From Eledone cirrhosa (lineage: Eukaryota), in contig OZ024744.1 of NCBI GenBank assembly GCA_964016885.1, positions 50,778,001-50,842,000 on the forward strand: a DNA stretch of 64,000 nucleotides. Direction: 5' to 3'. A program made the position numbers and the translations under genes. Shown here piece by piece: positions 14,501 through 27,343 of the stretch; the first letter of the stretch is position 1, and each line of letters begins with the position of its first letter. The notes under the pieces were generated by a model. It made no database searches. It was not told where the DNA came from and worked only from the letters and a program-made list of their open reading frames with translations.

Positions 14501-17500
14501 GTAGTGACGGTGCCACAATAAAACACACTCAGTCTACACTGTAAAGTGGTAGTGATGATGCCACAATTAAACACACTCAGTTTACACTGTAAAGTGGTAG
14601 TGATGGTGCCACAATAAAACACACTCAGTCTACACTGTAAAGTTGTAGTGATGGTGCCACAATAAAACACACTCAGTCTACACTGTAAAGTGGTAGTGAT
14701 GGTGCCACAATAAGACACTCAGTCTACACTGTAAAGTGGTAGTGATGGTGCCACAATAAAACATACTCAGTCTAAACTGTAAAGTGGTAGATATGGTGTC
14801 ACAATAAGACACTCAGTCTACACTGTTAAGTGGTAGTGATGGTGCCACAATAAAACACACTCAGTCTACACTGTAAAGTGGTAGTGATGGTGCCACAATA
14901 AAACATACTCAGTCCACTCTGTAAAGTGGTAGTGATGGTGCCACAATAAAACACACTCAGTCTACACTGTAAAGTGGTAGAGATGGTGTCATAATAAAAC
15001 ACACTCAGTCTACACTGTAAAGTGGTAGAGATGGTGCCACAATAAGACACTCAGTCTACACTGTAAAGTGGTAGTGATGATACCACAATAAAACACACTC
15101 AGTCTACACTGTAAAGAGGTAGTGACGGTGCCACAATAAAACATACTCAGTCTACACTGTAAAGTGGTAGTGATGGTGCCACAATAAAACATACTCAGTC
15201 TACACTGTAAAGTGGTAGTGATGGTGCCACAATAAACCACACTCAGCCTACACTGTAAAGTGGTAGTGATGGTGCCACAATAAAACATACTCAGTCTACA
15301 CTGTAAAGTGGTAGTGATGGTGACACAATAAAACACACTCAGTCTACACTGTAAAGTGGTAGTGACGGTGTCACAATAAGACACTCAGTCTACACTGTAA
15401 AGTGGTAGTGATGGTGCAACAATAAAACATACTCCGTCTACACTGTAAAGTGGTAGTGATGGTGCCACAATAAAACATACTCAGTCTACACTGTAAAGTG
15501 GTAGTGGTGGTGCCACAATAAAACATACTCAGTCTACACTGTAAAGTGGTAGTGATGGTGCCACAATAAAACACTCAGTCTACACTGTAAAGTGGTAGTG
15601 ATGGTGCAACAATAAAACGCACTCAGCCTACACTGTAAAGTGGTAGAGATGGTGTCACAATAAAACATACTCAGCCTACACTGTAAAGTGGTAGAGATGG
15701 TGTCAATAAAACATACTCAGTCTACACTGTAAAGTGGTAGTGATGTTGCCACAATAAAATACTCAGTCTACACTGTATAAGTGGTAGTGATGGTGTCACA
15801 ATAAGACACTAAGTCTACACTGTAAAGTGGTAGTGATGGTGCCACAATAAAACACACTCAGTCTACACTGTAAAGTGGTAGTGTTGGTTCCACAATAAAA
15901 CATACTCAGTCTACACTGTAAAGTGGTAGTGATGGTGCCACAATAAAAAATACTCAGTCTACACTGTAAAGTGGTAGTGATGGTGCCACAATAAAACATA
16001 CTCAGTCCACACTGTAAAGTGGTAGTGATGGTCCCACAATAAAACACTCAGTCTACACTGTAAAGTGGTAGAGATGGTGTCATAATAAAACACACTCAGT
16101 TTACACTGTAAAGTGGTAGTGATGGTGTCACAATAAGACACTCAGTCTACACTGCAAAGTGGTAGTGATGGTGCCACAATAAGACACTCAGTCTACACTG
16201 TAAAGTGGTAGTGATGGTCCCACAATAAAACATACTCAGCCTACACTGTAAAGTGGTAGTGATGGTGTCACAATAAGACACTCAGTCTACACTGTAAAGT
16301 GGTAGTGATGGTGCCACAATAAAACACACTCAGTCTACACTGTAAAGTGGTAGAGATGGTGCCACAATAAGACACTCAGCCTACACCGTAAAGTGGTAGT
16401 GATTGTGCCACAACAAAACACACTCAGTCTACACAGTAAAGTGGTAGTGATGGTGCCACAATAAAACACACTCAGTCTACACTGTAAAGTGGTAGTGACG
16501 GTGCCACAATAAAACACACTCAGTCTACACTGTAAAGTGGTAGTGATGATGCCACAATTAAACACACTCAGTTTACACTGTAAAGTGGTAGTGATGGTGC
16601 CACAATAAAACACACTCAGTCTACACTGTAAAGTTGTAGTGATGGTGCCACAATAAAACACACTCAGTCTACACTGTAAAGTGGTAGTGATGGTGCCACA
16701 ATAAGACACTCAGTCTACACTGTAAAGTGGTAGTGATGGTGCCACAATAAAACATACTCAGTCTAAACTGTAAAGTGGTAGATATGGTGTCACAATAAGA
16801 CACTCAGTCTACACTGTTAAGTGGTAGTGATGGTGCCACAATAAAACACACTCAGTCTACACTGTAAAGTGGTAGTGTTGGTTCCACAATAAAACATACC
16901 TAGTCTACACTGTAAAGTGGTAGTGATGGTGCCACAATAAAACATACTCAGTCTACACTGTAAAGTGGTAGTGTTGGTTCCACAATAAAAAATACTCAGT
17001 CTACACTGTAAAGTGGTAGTGATGGTGCCACAATAAAAAATACTCAGTCTACACTGTAAAGTGGTAGTGATGGTGCCACAATAAAACATACTCAGTCCAC
17101 ACTGTAAAGTGGTAGTGATGGTGCCACAATAAAACACACTCAGTCTACACTGTAAAGTGGTAGAGATGGTGTCATAATAAAACACACTCAGTCTACACTG
17201 TAAAGTGGTAGTGATGGTTCCACAATAAGACACTCAGTCTACACTGTAAAGTGGTAGTGATGATCCCACAATAAAACATACTGAGCCTACACTGTAAAGT
17301 GGTAGTGATGGTGTCACAATAAGACACTCAGTCTACACTGTAAAGTGGTAGTGATGGTGCCATAATAAAACACACTCAGTCTACACTGTAAAGTGGTAGT
17401 GATGGTGCCACAATAAACCACACTCAGCCTACACTGTTAAGTGGTAGTGATGGTGCCACAATAAAACACACTCAGTTTACACTGTAAAGTGGTAGTGACG

Positions 17501-20500
17501 GTGTCACAATAAGACACTCAGTCTACACTGTAAAGTGGTAGTGATGGTGCCACAATAAAACATACTCAGTCTACACTGTAAAGTGTTAGAGATGGTGTCA
17601 CAATAAGACACTCAGTCTACACTGTAAAGTGGTAGTGATGGTGCCACAATAAAACACACTCAGTCTACACTGTAAAGTGGTGGTTATGGTGCCACAATAA
17701 AACACACTCAGTCTACACGGTAAAGTGGTAGTGATGGTGCCACAATAAAACATACTCAGTCTACACTGTAAAGTGGTAGTGATGGTGCCACAATAAAACA
17801 CACTCAGTCTACACTGTAAAGTGGTAGTGATGGTGCCACAATAAAACATACTCAGTCCACTCTGTAAAGTGGTAGTGATGGTGCCACAATAAAACACACT
17901 CAGTCTACACTGTAAAGTGGTAGAGATGGTGTCATAATAAAACACACTCAGTCTACACTGTAAAGTGGTAGAGATGGTGCCACAATAAGACACTCAGTCT
18001 ACACTGTAAAGTGGTAGTGATGATACCACAATAAAACAAACTCAGTCTACACTGTAAAGAGGTAGTGACGGTGCCACAATAAAACATACTCAGTCTACAC
18101 TGTAAAGTGGTAGTGATGGTGCCACAATAAAACATACTCAGTCTACACTGTAAAGTGGTAGTGATGGTGCCACAATAAACCACACTCAGCCTACACTGTA
18201 AAGTGGTAGTGATGGTGCCACAATAAAACATACTCAGTCTACACTGTAAAGTGGTAGTGATGGTGACACAATAAAACACACTCAGTCTACACTGTAAAGT
18301 GGTAGTGACGGTGTCACAATAAGACACTCAGTCTACACTGTAAAGTGGTAGTGATGGTGCAACAATAAAACATACTCCGTCTACACTGTAAAGTGGTAGT
18401 GATGGTGCCACAATAAAACATAATCAGTCTACACTGTAAAGTGGTAGTGGTGGTGCCCCAATAAAACATACTCAGTCTACACTGTAAAGTGGTAGTGATG
18501 GTGCCACAATGAAACTCAGTCTACACTGTAAAGTGGTAGTGATGGTGCAACAATAAAACGCACTCAGCCTACACTGTAAAGTGGTAGAGATGGTGTCACA
18601 ATAAAACATACTCAGCCTACACTGTAAAGTGGTAGAGATGGTGTCAATAAAACATACTCAGTCTACACTGTAAAGTGGTAGTGATGGTGCCACAATAAAA
18701 TACTCAGTCTACACTGTAAAGTGGTAGTGATGGTGTCACAATAAGACACTAAGTCTACACTGTAAAGTGGTAGTGATGGTGCCACAATAAAACACACTCA
18801 GTCTACACTGTAAAGTGGTAGTGTTGGTTCCACAATAAAACATACTCACTCTACACTGTAAAGTGGTAGTGATGGTGCCACAATAAAAAATACTCAGTCT
18901 ACACTGTAAAGTGGTAGTGATGGTGCCACAATAAAACATACTCAGTCCACACTGTAAAGTGGTAGTGATGGTCCCACAATAAAACACACTCAGTCTACAC
19001 TGTAAAGTGGTAGTGATGGTGTCACAATAAGACACTCAGTCTACACTGTAAAGTGGTAGTGATGGTGCCACAATAAGACACTCAGTCTACACTGTAAAGT
19101 GGTAGTGATGGTCCCACAATAAAACATACTCAGCCTACACTGTAAAGTGGTAGTGATGGTGTCACAATAAGACACTCAGTCTACACTGTAAAGTGGTAGT
19201 GATGGTGCCACAATAAAACACACTCAGTCTACACTGTAAAGTGGTAGAGATGGTGCCACAATAAGACGCTCAGTCTACACTGTAAAGTGGTAGTGATGGT
19301 ACCACAATAAAACACACTCAGTCTACACTGTAAAGTGGTAGTGACGGTGCCACAATAAAACACACTCAGTCTACACTGTAAAGTGGTAGTGATGGTGCCA
19401 CAATAAAACATACTCAGTCTACACTGTAAAGTGATAGTGATGGTGCCACAATAAACCACACTCAGCCTACACTGTAAAGTGGTAGTGATGGTGCCACAAT
19501 AAAACACACTCAGTCTACACTGTAAAGTGGTAGTGATGGTGCCACAATAAAACACACTCAGTCTACACTGTAAAGTGGTAGTGATGGTGCCACAATAAAA
19601 CACTCTCAGTCTACACTGTAAAGTGGTAGTGATGGTGCCACAATAAGACACTCAGTCTACACTGTAAAGTGGTATTGATGGTGCCACAATAAAACATACT
19701 CAGTCTACACTGTCAACTGGTAGAGATGGTGTCACAATAAGACACTCAGTCTACATTGTAAAGTGGTAGTGATGGTGCCACAATAAAACACACTCAGTCT
19801 ACACTGTAAAGTGGTAGAGATGGTGTCATAATAAAACACACTCAGTCTACACTGTAAAGTGGTAGAGATGGTGCCACAATAAGACACTCAGTCTACACTG
19901 TAAAGTGGTAGTGATGGTACCACAATAAAACACACTCAGTTTACACTGTAAAGTGGTAGTGACGGTGCCACAATAAAACACACTCAGTCTACACTGTAAA
20001 GTGGTAGTGACCGTGCCACAATAAAACACACTCAGTCTACACTGTAAAGTGGTAGTTATGGTGCCACAATAAAACATACTCAGTCTACACTGTAAAGTGG
20101 TAGTGATGGTGCCACAATAAACCACACTCAGCCTACACTGTAAAGTGGTAGTGATGGTGCCACAATAAAACATACTCAGTCTACACTGTAAAGTGGTAGT
20201 GATGGTGCCACAATAAAACACACTCAGTCTACACTGTAAAGTGGTAGTGACGGTGTCACAATAAGACACTCAGTCTACACTGTAAAGTGGTAGTGATAGT
20301 GCCACAATAAAACACTCTCAGTCTACACTGTAAAGTGGTAGTGATGGTGTCACAATAAAACATACTCAGTCTACACTGTAAAGTGGTAGTGATGGTGCCA
20401 CAATAAAACACACTCAGTCTACACTGTAAAGTGGTAGTGATGATGCCACAATAAGACACTCAGTCTACCCTGTAAAGTGGTAGTGATGGTGCCACAATAA

Positions 20501-23355
20501 AACATACTCAGCCTACACTGTAAAGTGGTAGTGATGGTGTCACAATAAGACACTCAGTCTACACTGTAAAGTGGTAGAGATGGTCCAACAAAAGAACACA
20601 CTCAGTCTACACTGTAAAGTGGTAGTGATGGTGCCACAATAAAACACACTCAGTCTACACTGTAAAGTGGTAGTGATGGTGCCACAATAAAACATACTCA
20701 GTCTACACTGTAAAGTGGTAGTGATGGTGTCACAATAAGACACTCAGTCTACACTGTAAAGTGGTAGAGATGGTCCAACAATAAAACACACTCAGTCTAC
20801 ACTGTAAAGTGGTAGTGACGGTGCCACAATAAAACATACTCAGCCTACACTGTAAAGTGGTAGTGATGGTGCCACAATAAGACACTCAGTCTACACTGTA
20901 AAGTGGTAGTGATGGTGCCACAATAAAACATACTCAGTCTACACTGTAAAGTGGTAGTGATGGTGCCACAATAAAACACTCAGTCTACACTGTAAAGTGG
21001 TAGTGATAGTGCCACAATAAAACACACTCAGTCTACACTGTAAAGTGGTAGTGATGGTGCCACAATAAAACACACTCAGTCTACACTGTAAAGTGGTAGT
21101 GTTGGTTCCACAATAAAACATACTCAGTCTACACTGTAAAGTGGTAGTGATGGTGCCACAATAAAAAATACTCAGTCTACACTGTAAATTGGTAGTGATG
21201 GTGCCACAATAAAACATACTCAGTCCACACTGTAAAGTGGTAGTGATGGTCCCACAATAAAACACACTCAGTCTACACTGTAAAGTGGTAGAGATGGTGT
21301 CATAATAAAACACACTCAGTTTACACTGTAAAGTGGTAGTGATGGTGTCACAATAAGACACTCAGTCTACACTGTAAAGTGGTAGTGATGGTGCCACAAT
21401 AAGACACTCAGTCTACACTGTAAAGTAGTAGTGATGGTCCCACAATAAAACATACTCAGCCTACACTGTAAAGTGGTAGAGATGGTGCCACAATAAGACA
21501 CTCAGTCTACACTGTAAAGTGGTAGTGATGGTACCACAATAAAACACACTCAGTCTACACTGTAAAGTGGTAGTGACGGTGCCACAATAAAACACACTCA
21601 GTCTACACTGTAAAGTGGTAGTGATGGTGCCACAATAAAACATACTCAGTCTACACTGTAAAGTGATAGTGATGGTGCCACAATAAACCACACTCAGTCT
21701 ACACTGTAAAGTGGTAGTAATGGTGCCACAATAAAACACACTCAGTCTACACTGTAAAGTGGTAGTGATGGTGCCACAATAAAACACTCTCAGTCTACAC
21801 TGTAAAGTGGTAGTGATGGTGCCACAATAAGACACTCAGTCTACACTGTAAAGTGGTATTGATGGTGCCACAATAAAACATACTCAGTCTACACTGTCAA
21901 CTGGTAGAGATGGTGTCACAATAAGACACTCAGTCTACACTGTAAAGTGGTAGTGATGGTGCCACAATAAAACACACTCAGTCTACACTGTAAAGTGGTA
22001 GAGATGGTGTCATAATAAAACACACTCAGTCTACACTGTAAAGTGGTAGAGATGGTGCCACAATAAGACACTCAGTCTACACTGTAAAGTGGTAGTGATG
22101 GTACCACAATAAAACACACTCAGTTTACACTGTAAAGTGGTAGTGACGGTGCCACAATAAAACACACTCAGTCTACACTGTAAAGTGGTAGTGACGGTGC
22201 CACAATAAAACACACTCAGTCTACACTGTAAAGTGGTAGTTATGGTGCCACAATAAAACATACTCAGTCTACACTGTAAAGTGGTAGTGATGGTGCCACA
22301 ATAAACCACACTCAGCCTACACTGTAAAGTGGTAGTGATGGTACCACAATAAAACATACTCAGTCTACACTGTAAAGTGGTAGTGATGGTGCCACAATAA
22401 AACACACTCAGTCTACACTGTAAAGTGGTAGTGACGGTGTCACAATAAGACACTCAGTCTACACTGTAAAGTGGTAGTGATAGTGCCACAATAAAACACT
22501 CTCAGTCTACACTGTAAAGTGGTAGTGATGGTGTCACAATAAAACATACTCAGTCTACACTGTAAAGTGGTAGTGATGGTGCCACAATAAAACACACTCA
22601 GTCTACACTGTAAAGTGGTAGTGATGATGCCACAATAAGACACTCAGTCTACCCTGTAAAGTGGTAGTGATGGTGCCACAATAAAACATACTCAGCCTAC
22701 ACTGTAAAGTGGTAGTGATGGTGTCACAATAAGACACTCAGTCTACACTGTAAAGTGGTAGAGATGGTCCAACAATAAAACACACTCAGTCTACACTGTA
22801 AAGTGGTAGTGATGGTGCCACAATAAAACACACTCAGTCTACACTGTAAAGTGGTAGTGATGGTGCCGCAATAAAACATACTCAGTCTACACTGTAAAGT
22901 GGTAGTGATGGTGTCACAATAAGACACTCAGTCTACACTGTAAACTGGTAGAGATGGTCCAACAATAAAACACACTCAGTCTACACTGTAAAGTGGTAGT
23001 GACGGTGCCACAATAAAACATACTCAGCCTACACTGTAAAGTGGTAGTGATGGTGCCACAATAAGACACTCAGTCTACACTGTAAAGTGGTAGTGATGGT
23101 GCCACAATAAAACATACTCAGTCTACACTGTAAAGTGGTAGTGATGGTGCCACAATAATACACTCAGTCTACACTGTAAAGTGGTAGTGATAGTGCCACA
23201 ATAAAACACACTCAGTCTACACTGTAAAGTGGTAGTGATGGTGCCACAATAAAACATACTCAGTCTACACTGTAAAGTGGTAGTGATGGTGCCACAATAA
23301 AACACTCAGTCTACACTGTAAAGTGGTAGTGATAGTGCCACAATAAAATGCACTC
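8554..23355. repeat. ~14.8-kb intronic satellite array of 46-48-bp monomers (about 310 copies by length) with higher-order repeats
   Basis: Consensus CTCAGTCTACACTGTAAAGTGGTAGTGATGGTGCCACAATAAAACACA (48 bp), plus a 46-bp ...CACAATAAGACA variant. Identical ORF-track entries recur at offsets 1135, 3126 and 2184 bp. Confidence 0.98.
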
Positions 23356-23446
23356 AAATTATTAATAAATTCAAACATCTAACACATGCAGCCATGGAAA
23401 ATAGACATTAAACGGTGATAATGGTGATGGTGATGATAATGATGAT

Positions 23447-23573
23447 TAGGAACCTTTTGTTACAAATACCATCTTAATAATAAAATAATTAATAATTTTA
23501 GTAAATTACTCCAAATTATTATTAAATTCAAACATAGCATATGTCATTAGAGATATGGTTATGAAAGAGTTAA
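23447..23573. mobile_element. Right half of the piggyBac-type MITE interrupted by the satellite
   Basis: Colinear with the second half of 27344-27571 (TTAATAATTTTAGTAAAT...TCATTAGA.ATA.G.T..TGAA.G.GTTAA) and ends at TTAA. Confidence 0.75.
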
Positions 23574-23681
23574 TGATAGAGAACATAGTCTTATCATGTT
23601 CTATTTTATTTACACTTATTTTTTTCAATCTATGGTGAAATATTCAATTAAATATGATATGTTTACATATCTATATACTCA

Positions 23682-23684
<3 letters not shown>

Positions 23685-23764
<80 letters not shown>

Positions 23765-23792
23765 CGTCTCTCTCTCTCTCTCCGTCTCTCTC
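23685..23792. repeat. (CT)n microsatellite
   Basis: Read directly from the sequence. Confidence 0.95.
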
Positions 23793-23874
23793 TGTGTATA
23801 GTGTAGGTGATTCAGTGCATTGCTGATTGTGGTACCGATATGAGCACGCAATGCACAGGCAGAGTGTATATATT

Positions 23875-24152
23875 AAGAAAAACTGATGAAGTATGGTTTA
23901 TATATGATTTTATTGAGTATCGACCTATTATGCGCGTTTCACAGATGATTGGCTCAAGACCACCTATGGAAGTTATGGATCTGACTTAGTATCTATCTGC
24001 TCTGAATCACTAATCCGACAAGTAGATCAATACTTGAGTCGGGATCATAGCTTCCATAGGTGACCTCGAGTTGAGCCAATCATCTGCGAATAACAGGTCG
24101 CTACTCAATAAAAACATTAACATGTAAACAAAAAACTTCAACGGTTTTTCTT
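23875..24152. mobile_element. Foldback/MITE-like imperfect palindrome (~280 bp)
   Basis: AAGAAAAAC..TTATTGAGTA.CGACCT.TTAT..CAGATGATTGGCTCAA..CACCTATGGAAG is mirrored in reverse complement on the right arm. Confidence 0.8.
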
Positions 24153-24158
24153 GTACAT

Positions 24159-24497
24159 GCACATGGCTTAGTGGTTAGAGCATTGGCCTTGCAATTGAAA
24201 GGTTGTGAGTTCAATTCTCAGACCGGCTGATGTGTTGTTTCCTTGAGCAAGACACTTTATTTCACATTGCTCCAGTTTACTCAGCTGTATAAAATGAAAT
24301 GATAGGGACTGGGGTCCCTATCATTCCACTGCAAAGTGGTCGTGGAGGTGCCACGGCAAAAAGGCACCCAGCACTCACTGTAAATGAGGTTGGTGTTAGG
24401 AAGGACATCCAGCTGTAGAAATCAAGCCAGAATCAGTTCCCGTCCCACCCTTGCAAGCAGGGAAAAAGCGGATGTAAAATGAAATGATGAAATGATG
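24159..24497 (+). mobile_element. tRNA-derived SINE family A, full length
   Basis: A box TGGCTTAGTGG, B box GAGTTCAATTC, central body, and an RTE-like 3' end CCCGTCCCACCCTTGCAAGCAGGGAAAA...GTAAAATGA. Confidence 0.9.
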
Positions 24498-24840
24498 AAA
24501 ATGATGCACACAACACACAATCTCAATCCTTTTCTGTATCATTACAACTATCATTTTACATCTGTTTTCTATGCTGGCATGGGTAAGATGCAGTTGTCAT
24601 GGTCTGAAACTATACAGTTTAGTTTCTATGGCTGGATGCCCTTCTTAATGCCAACCACTTTACAGAGTGTACTGGGTGCATCTTCTCATGGCACCAGTAC
24701 TACTACTTTACAGAATGGACTAGGTGTATTTTTTTGTAACAGCAGCACTAGAGAGGTTTTCATATGCTGGACAACACTGAAGAGTCTTCGCTATCCTGTA
24801 TCTGTACAGATAATTATTTATGTTTTGTTTTTGTTTCCAG

Positions 24841-24935
24841 GACCTGAAGCAGTTAGGGCTACGAATGTCTTTTATTATTTAACCTATGAAGGAAGTGTCA
24901 ACCTGGAATCTATGACTGATCCAGTTATGAAAGAG
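24841..24935 (+). CDS. NBEA: Neurobeachin/LRBA-family BEACH-domain exon C (95 bp, phase 1/0)
   Basis: ttccag acceptor and gtaag donor. Completes the split Gly codon and encodes [32 protein letters not shown]. Confidence 0.97.
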
Positions 24936-25321
24936 GTAAGTTATTATTGCTTCATTTATTACACAATCTAAGAATCATATTTTCTAAACTTCATCAAAGT
25001 AAAGAAAACTTATGAGAGGATTGGTGTCAGGACATTAAGATATAAAATACTGCCTCAAAAAGCTCTGTCCAACGGATGCCAATTTAGAAAATTGAACATG
25101 AAAACAATGATAATGGTTATATATATATTTATTTAGGTTTGTTGGTTTACCACTGGATAGAACTGGTCATTCCATATGGTCAACCTCAATGTAATATTAT
25201 GGAGAGCACTCAACGTAATGCAACTCACCCGTCTTCATTTGTGTAGTTGGTGGTGCGAGTACGGAGTTAATTATTATAAAATAACAGGAGGCTGGACTGG
25301 TGTAATTCCTTAAGGTTTATT

Positions 25322-25379
25322 ATACTATGATCATTTCAGTGACCGGGTTCAGTATGAATCTGGTGACATCATCAGGTAT
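25322..25379 (-). ncRNA. Type I minimal hammerhead ribozyme motif of Penelope type
   Basis: Minus strand reads AUAC-CUGAUGA-(imperfect 13-bp stem II)-GAAA-UGAUCA-UA-GUAU: both core boxes, a 4-bp stem I, a palindromic stem III and an AUA triplet. Confidence 0.7.
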
Positions 25380-26067
25380 TCGAAATATAACAAAGGAATA
25401 TAATAGACAAAATCCATGGGGCTGAAAATCAGAGACATGAAGGCAACCGAACATTTAGCTGCTTCTACCCCGGTTGGCAGCCTTCTAGTGGTGATTATTA
25501 AGCCTACTTATGTCCATCTGTTGAAGGGGCTTAGGCTTATAGTGTACTACTACCACCCCGTCAAAGACAGAGGCCAGTGTTGAGGTCAGGTCACATTGAA
25601 GCTGGTCATGCGTGCTAGAAAGTGCTGCAAAAAAAATCTGAAAGAACATATATCTTCAACAAAGCTATATATAGTAATATATAGTGGGCGTCTGCATGGT
25701 ATAATGTATGGACAGAAATTACGATTAACAATTAGAAACATTAAATTTATGTTTTGAGTTAGAAGATGCCATTTAAGATGAAATTAGAAAAATAAGGTTT
25801 AGGTTTAAAGTTGTGAGATTTAGTTAAAGAATTTACAGAAGGAGGCTGTTATGAAAAAGTTTAAGTGTATTATAGATAATCACGATAAAGTTTCAGGGTA
25901 GAATATAGAGCAAAGATTAAGCCCATGTTTAACGGTCAATAACCAACGACGTTGCTGACCCCCGGCCAGCCCGGGGCCCAACGGTGTGTCAGCTGTTCTG
26001 AGTATTATCGTCTAGCGAAAGAAATGGAAATTTATTTTTCCGAGCACTCCAGGAATGTTAACTATTT

Positions 26068-26101
<34 letters not shown>

Positions 26102-26832
26102 CACAAAATCCCTGAGAGATAGATCCCAATAAAGTAATCTAAAAAGAACACTTCACAAGCATCTTCCCCTAGGGATATATTCTAGAATATATCCCTAGGG
26201 AAAGATATATATATAATTTTAGTAAATCCCTGCCCTGAAAATTATTCTGCAATAAACTGAAATAGAATGTATGTATTTCACTAGAAATATTGTTACAAAA
26301 AAGTTAAATAATAGTTTTGGCTTCTAGAGATACCTTGTAACTATATTTGCAGTTTTAATGAATTACCATCATTGTCATCTTATGTTCACCTTCCATACTG
26401 GCATGGATTCGACAGTAGATATGGCCTGCAAGTTATGACCTCTTTGGAGTTACTGCCCTCATGGATGAGTTGAAGGATCATACCTTGCTCGTATATTCCA
26501 TTTTTTGCCATGGATTGATGCACTTCCTAACACCTACCTCTTTACATAGTGTACTGAGTGTATTTTACTGTGACACCAATACTAGAGAATTTATCTTGCT
26601 CTTTCAACCCTACATTGTGTCCATTTAACCAACAACCACTTTACAGTGTATTGAGTACATTTTATCAGCACTAGGGAGGTTGTCATGTCTTTGACAAGAT
26701 TGTTGTCCTTTCCATACATTGTCTCTGTTTATTAATCAATATAGAGAATGTTAAATTAAATCATTGATTACAAGATACATTGAAATCTTCACATTCTATT
26801 AATTTCTGCCAACTATTTCTTATTTGTCACAG

Positions 26833-26922
26833 GCCATAGAAAACCAGATCCGCAGTTTTGGCCAGACCCCCACCCAACTTCTAACTGAACCTCACCCGCC
26901 AAGGAGTTCTTTAATGCACCTG
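26833..26922 (+). CDS. NBEA: Neurobeachin/LRBA-family exon D, end of the BEACH domain (90 bp, phase 0/0)
   Basis: cacag acceptor and gtaag donor. Encodes [30 protein letters not shown], containing the FGQTP.QL...HP.R signature. Confidence 0.97.
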
Positions 26923-27343
26923 GTAAGAATAAAACTTGCATTTATATATGCAGACACACACATATATTCATATATTTATATATATATATACATATATATA
27001 TAATTGTTTACCTCACACAACCCTGAACTAACGAAAAAAAAAAAATTACACATAATATATTTACCCAGTTAAATAAAATGAACATTTATATATTATGTAT
27101 GCGTATATTGAGTGCTCATTCAGTGCATGTAATTGGAGTGTAACATTGGTTTTCTCTTCAGAATATATATATATATACACAATACTGTTGTAGTAATTTT
27201 CAGAAATTTATATATGTATATATACACCAATCTTTTTGGTGGAGTGGAAAAAAAATTTAGAGCTTTCTTTCAGTGGAATGCAGGCATGTATTTTTTTAAT
27301 TATTATTTATGTTTGTTAATATGTGTTTGCTTTTCTCTTTTAA

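Noticed and set aside
8513-23305. Minus-strand ORFs encoding Cys/Thr-rich VFYCGTITTTLQCRLS repeats as a structural or metal-binding protein
   Set aside because: A by-product of a 48-bp stop-free unit. Frequent 46-bp monomers shift the frame, and the monomer derives from non-coding retroposon sequence.
8554-23355. Array as a CRISPR locus
   Set aside because: Monomers are head-to-tail with only point variants and no unique spacers. There are no cas genes, and the context is a spliceosomal intron.
24159-24235. SINE heads as tRNA genes
   Set aside because: A and B boxes are present, but they continue into a SINE body and tail in multiple copies, and no convincing cloverleaf is evident.
24492-24971. 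159-aa ORF as a standalone gene
   Set aside because: Only 24841-24935 is exon; the upstream part is read-through of an antisense SINE/UTR fragment.
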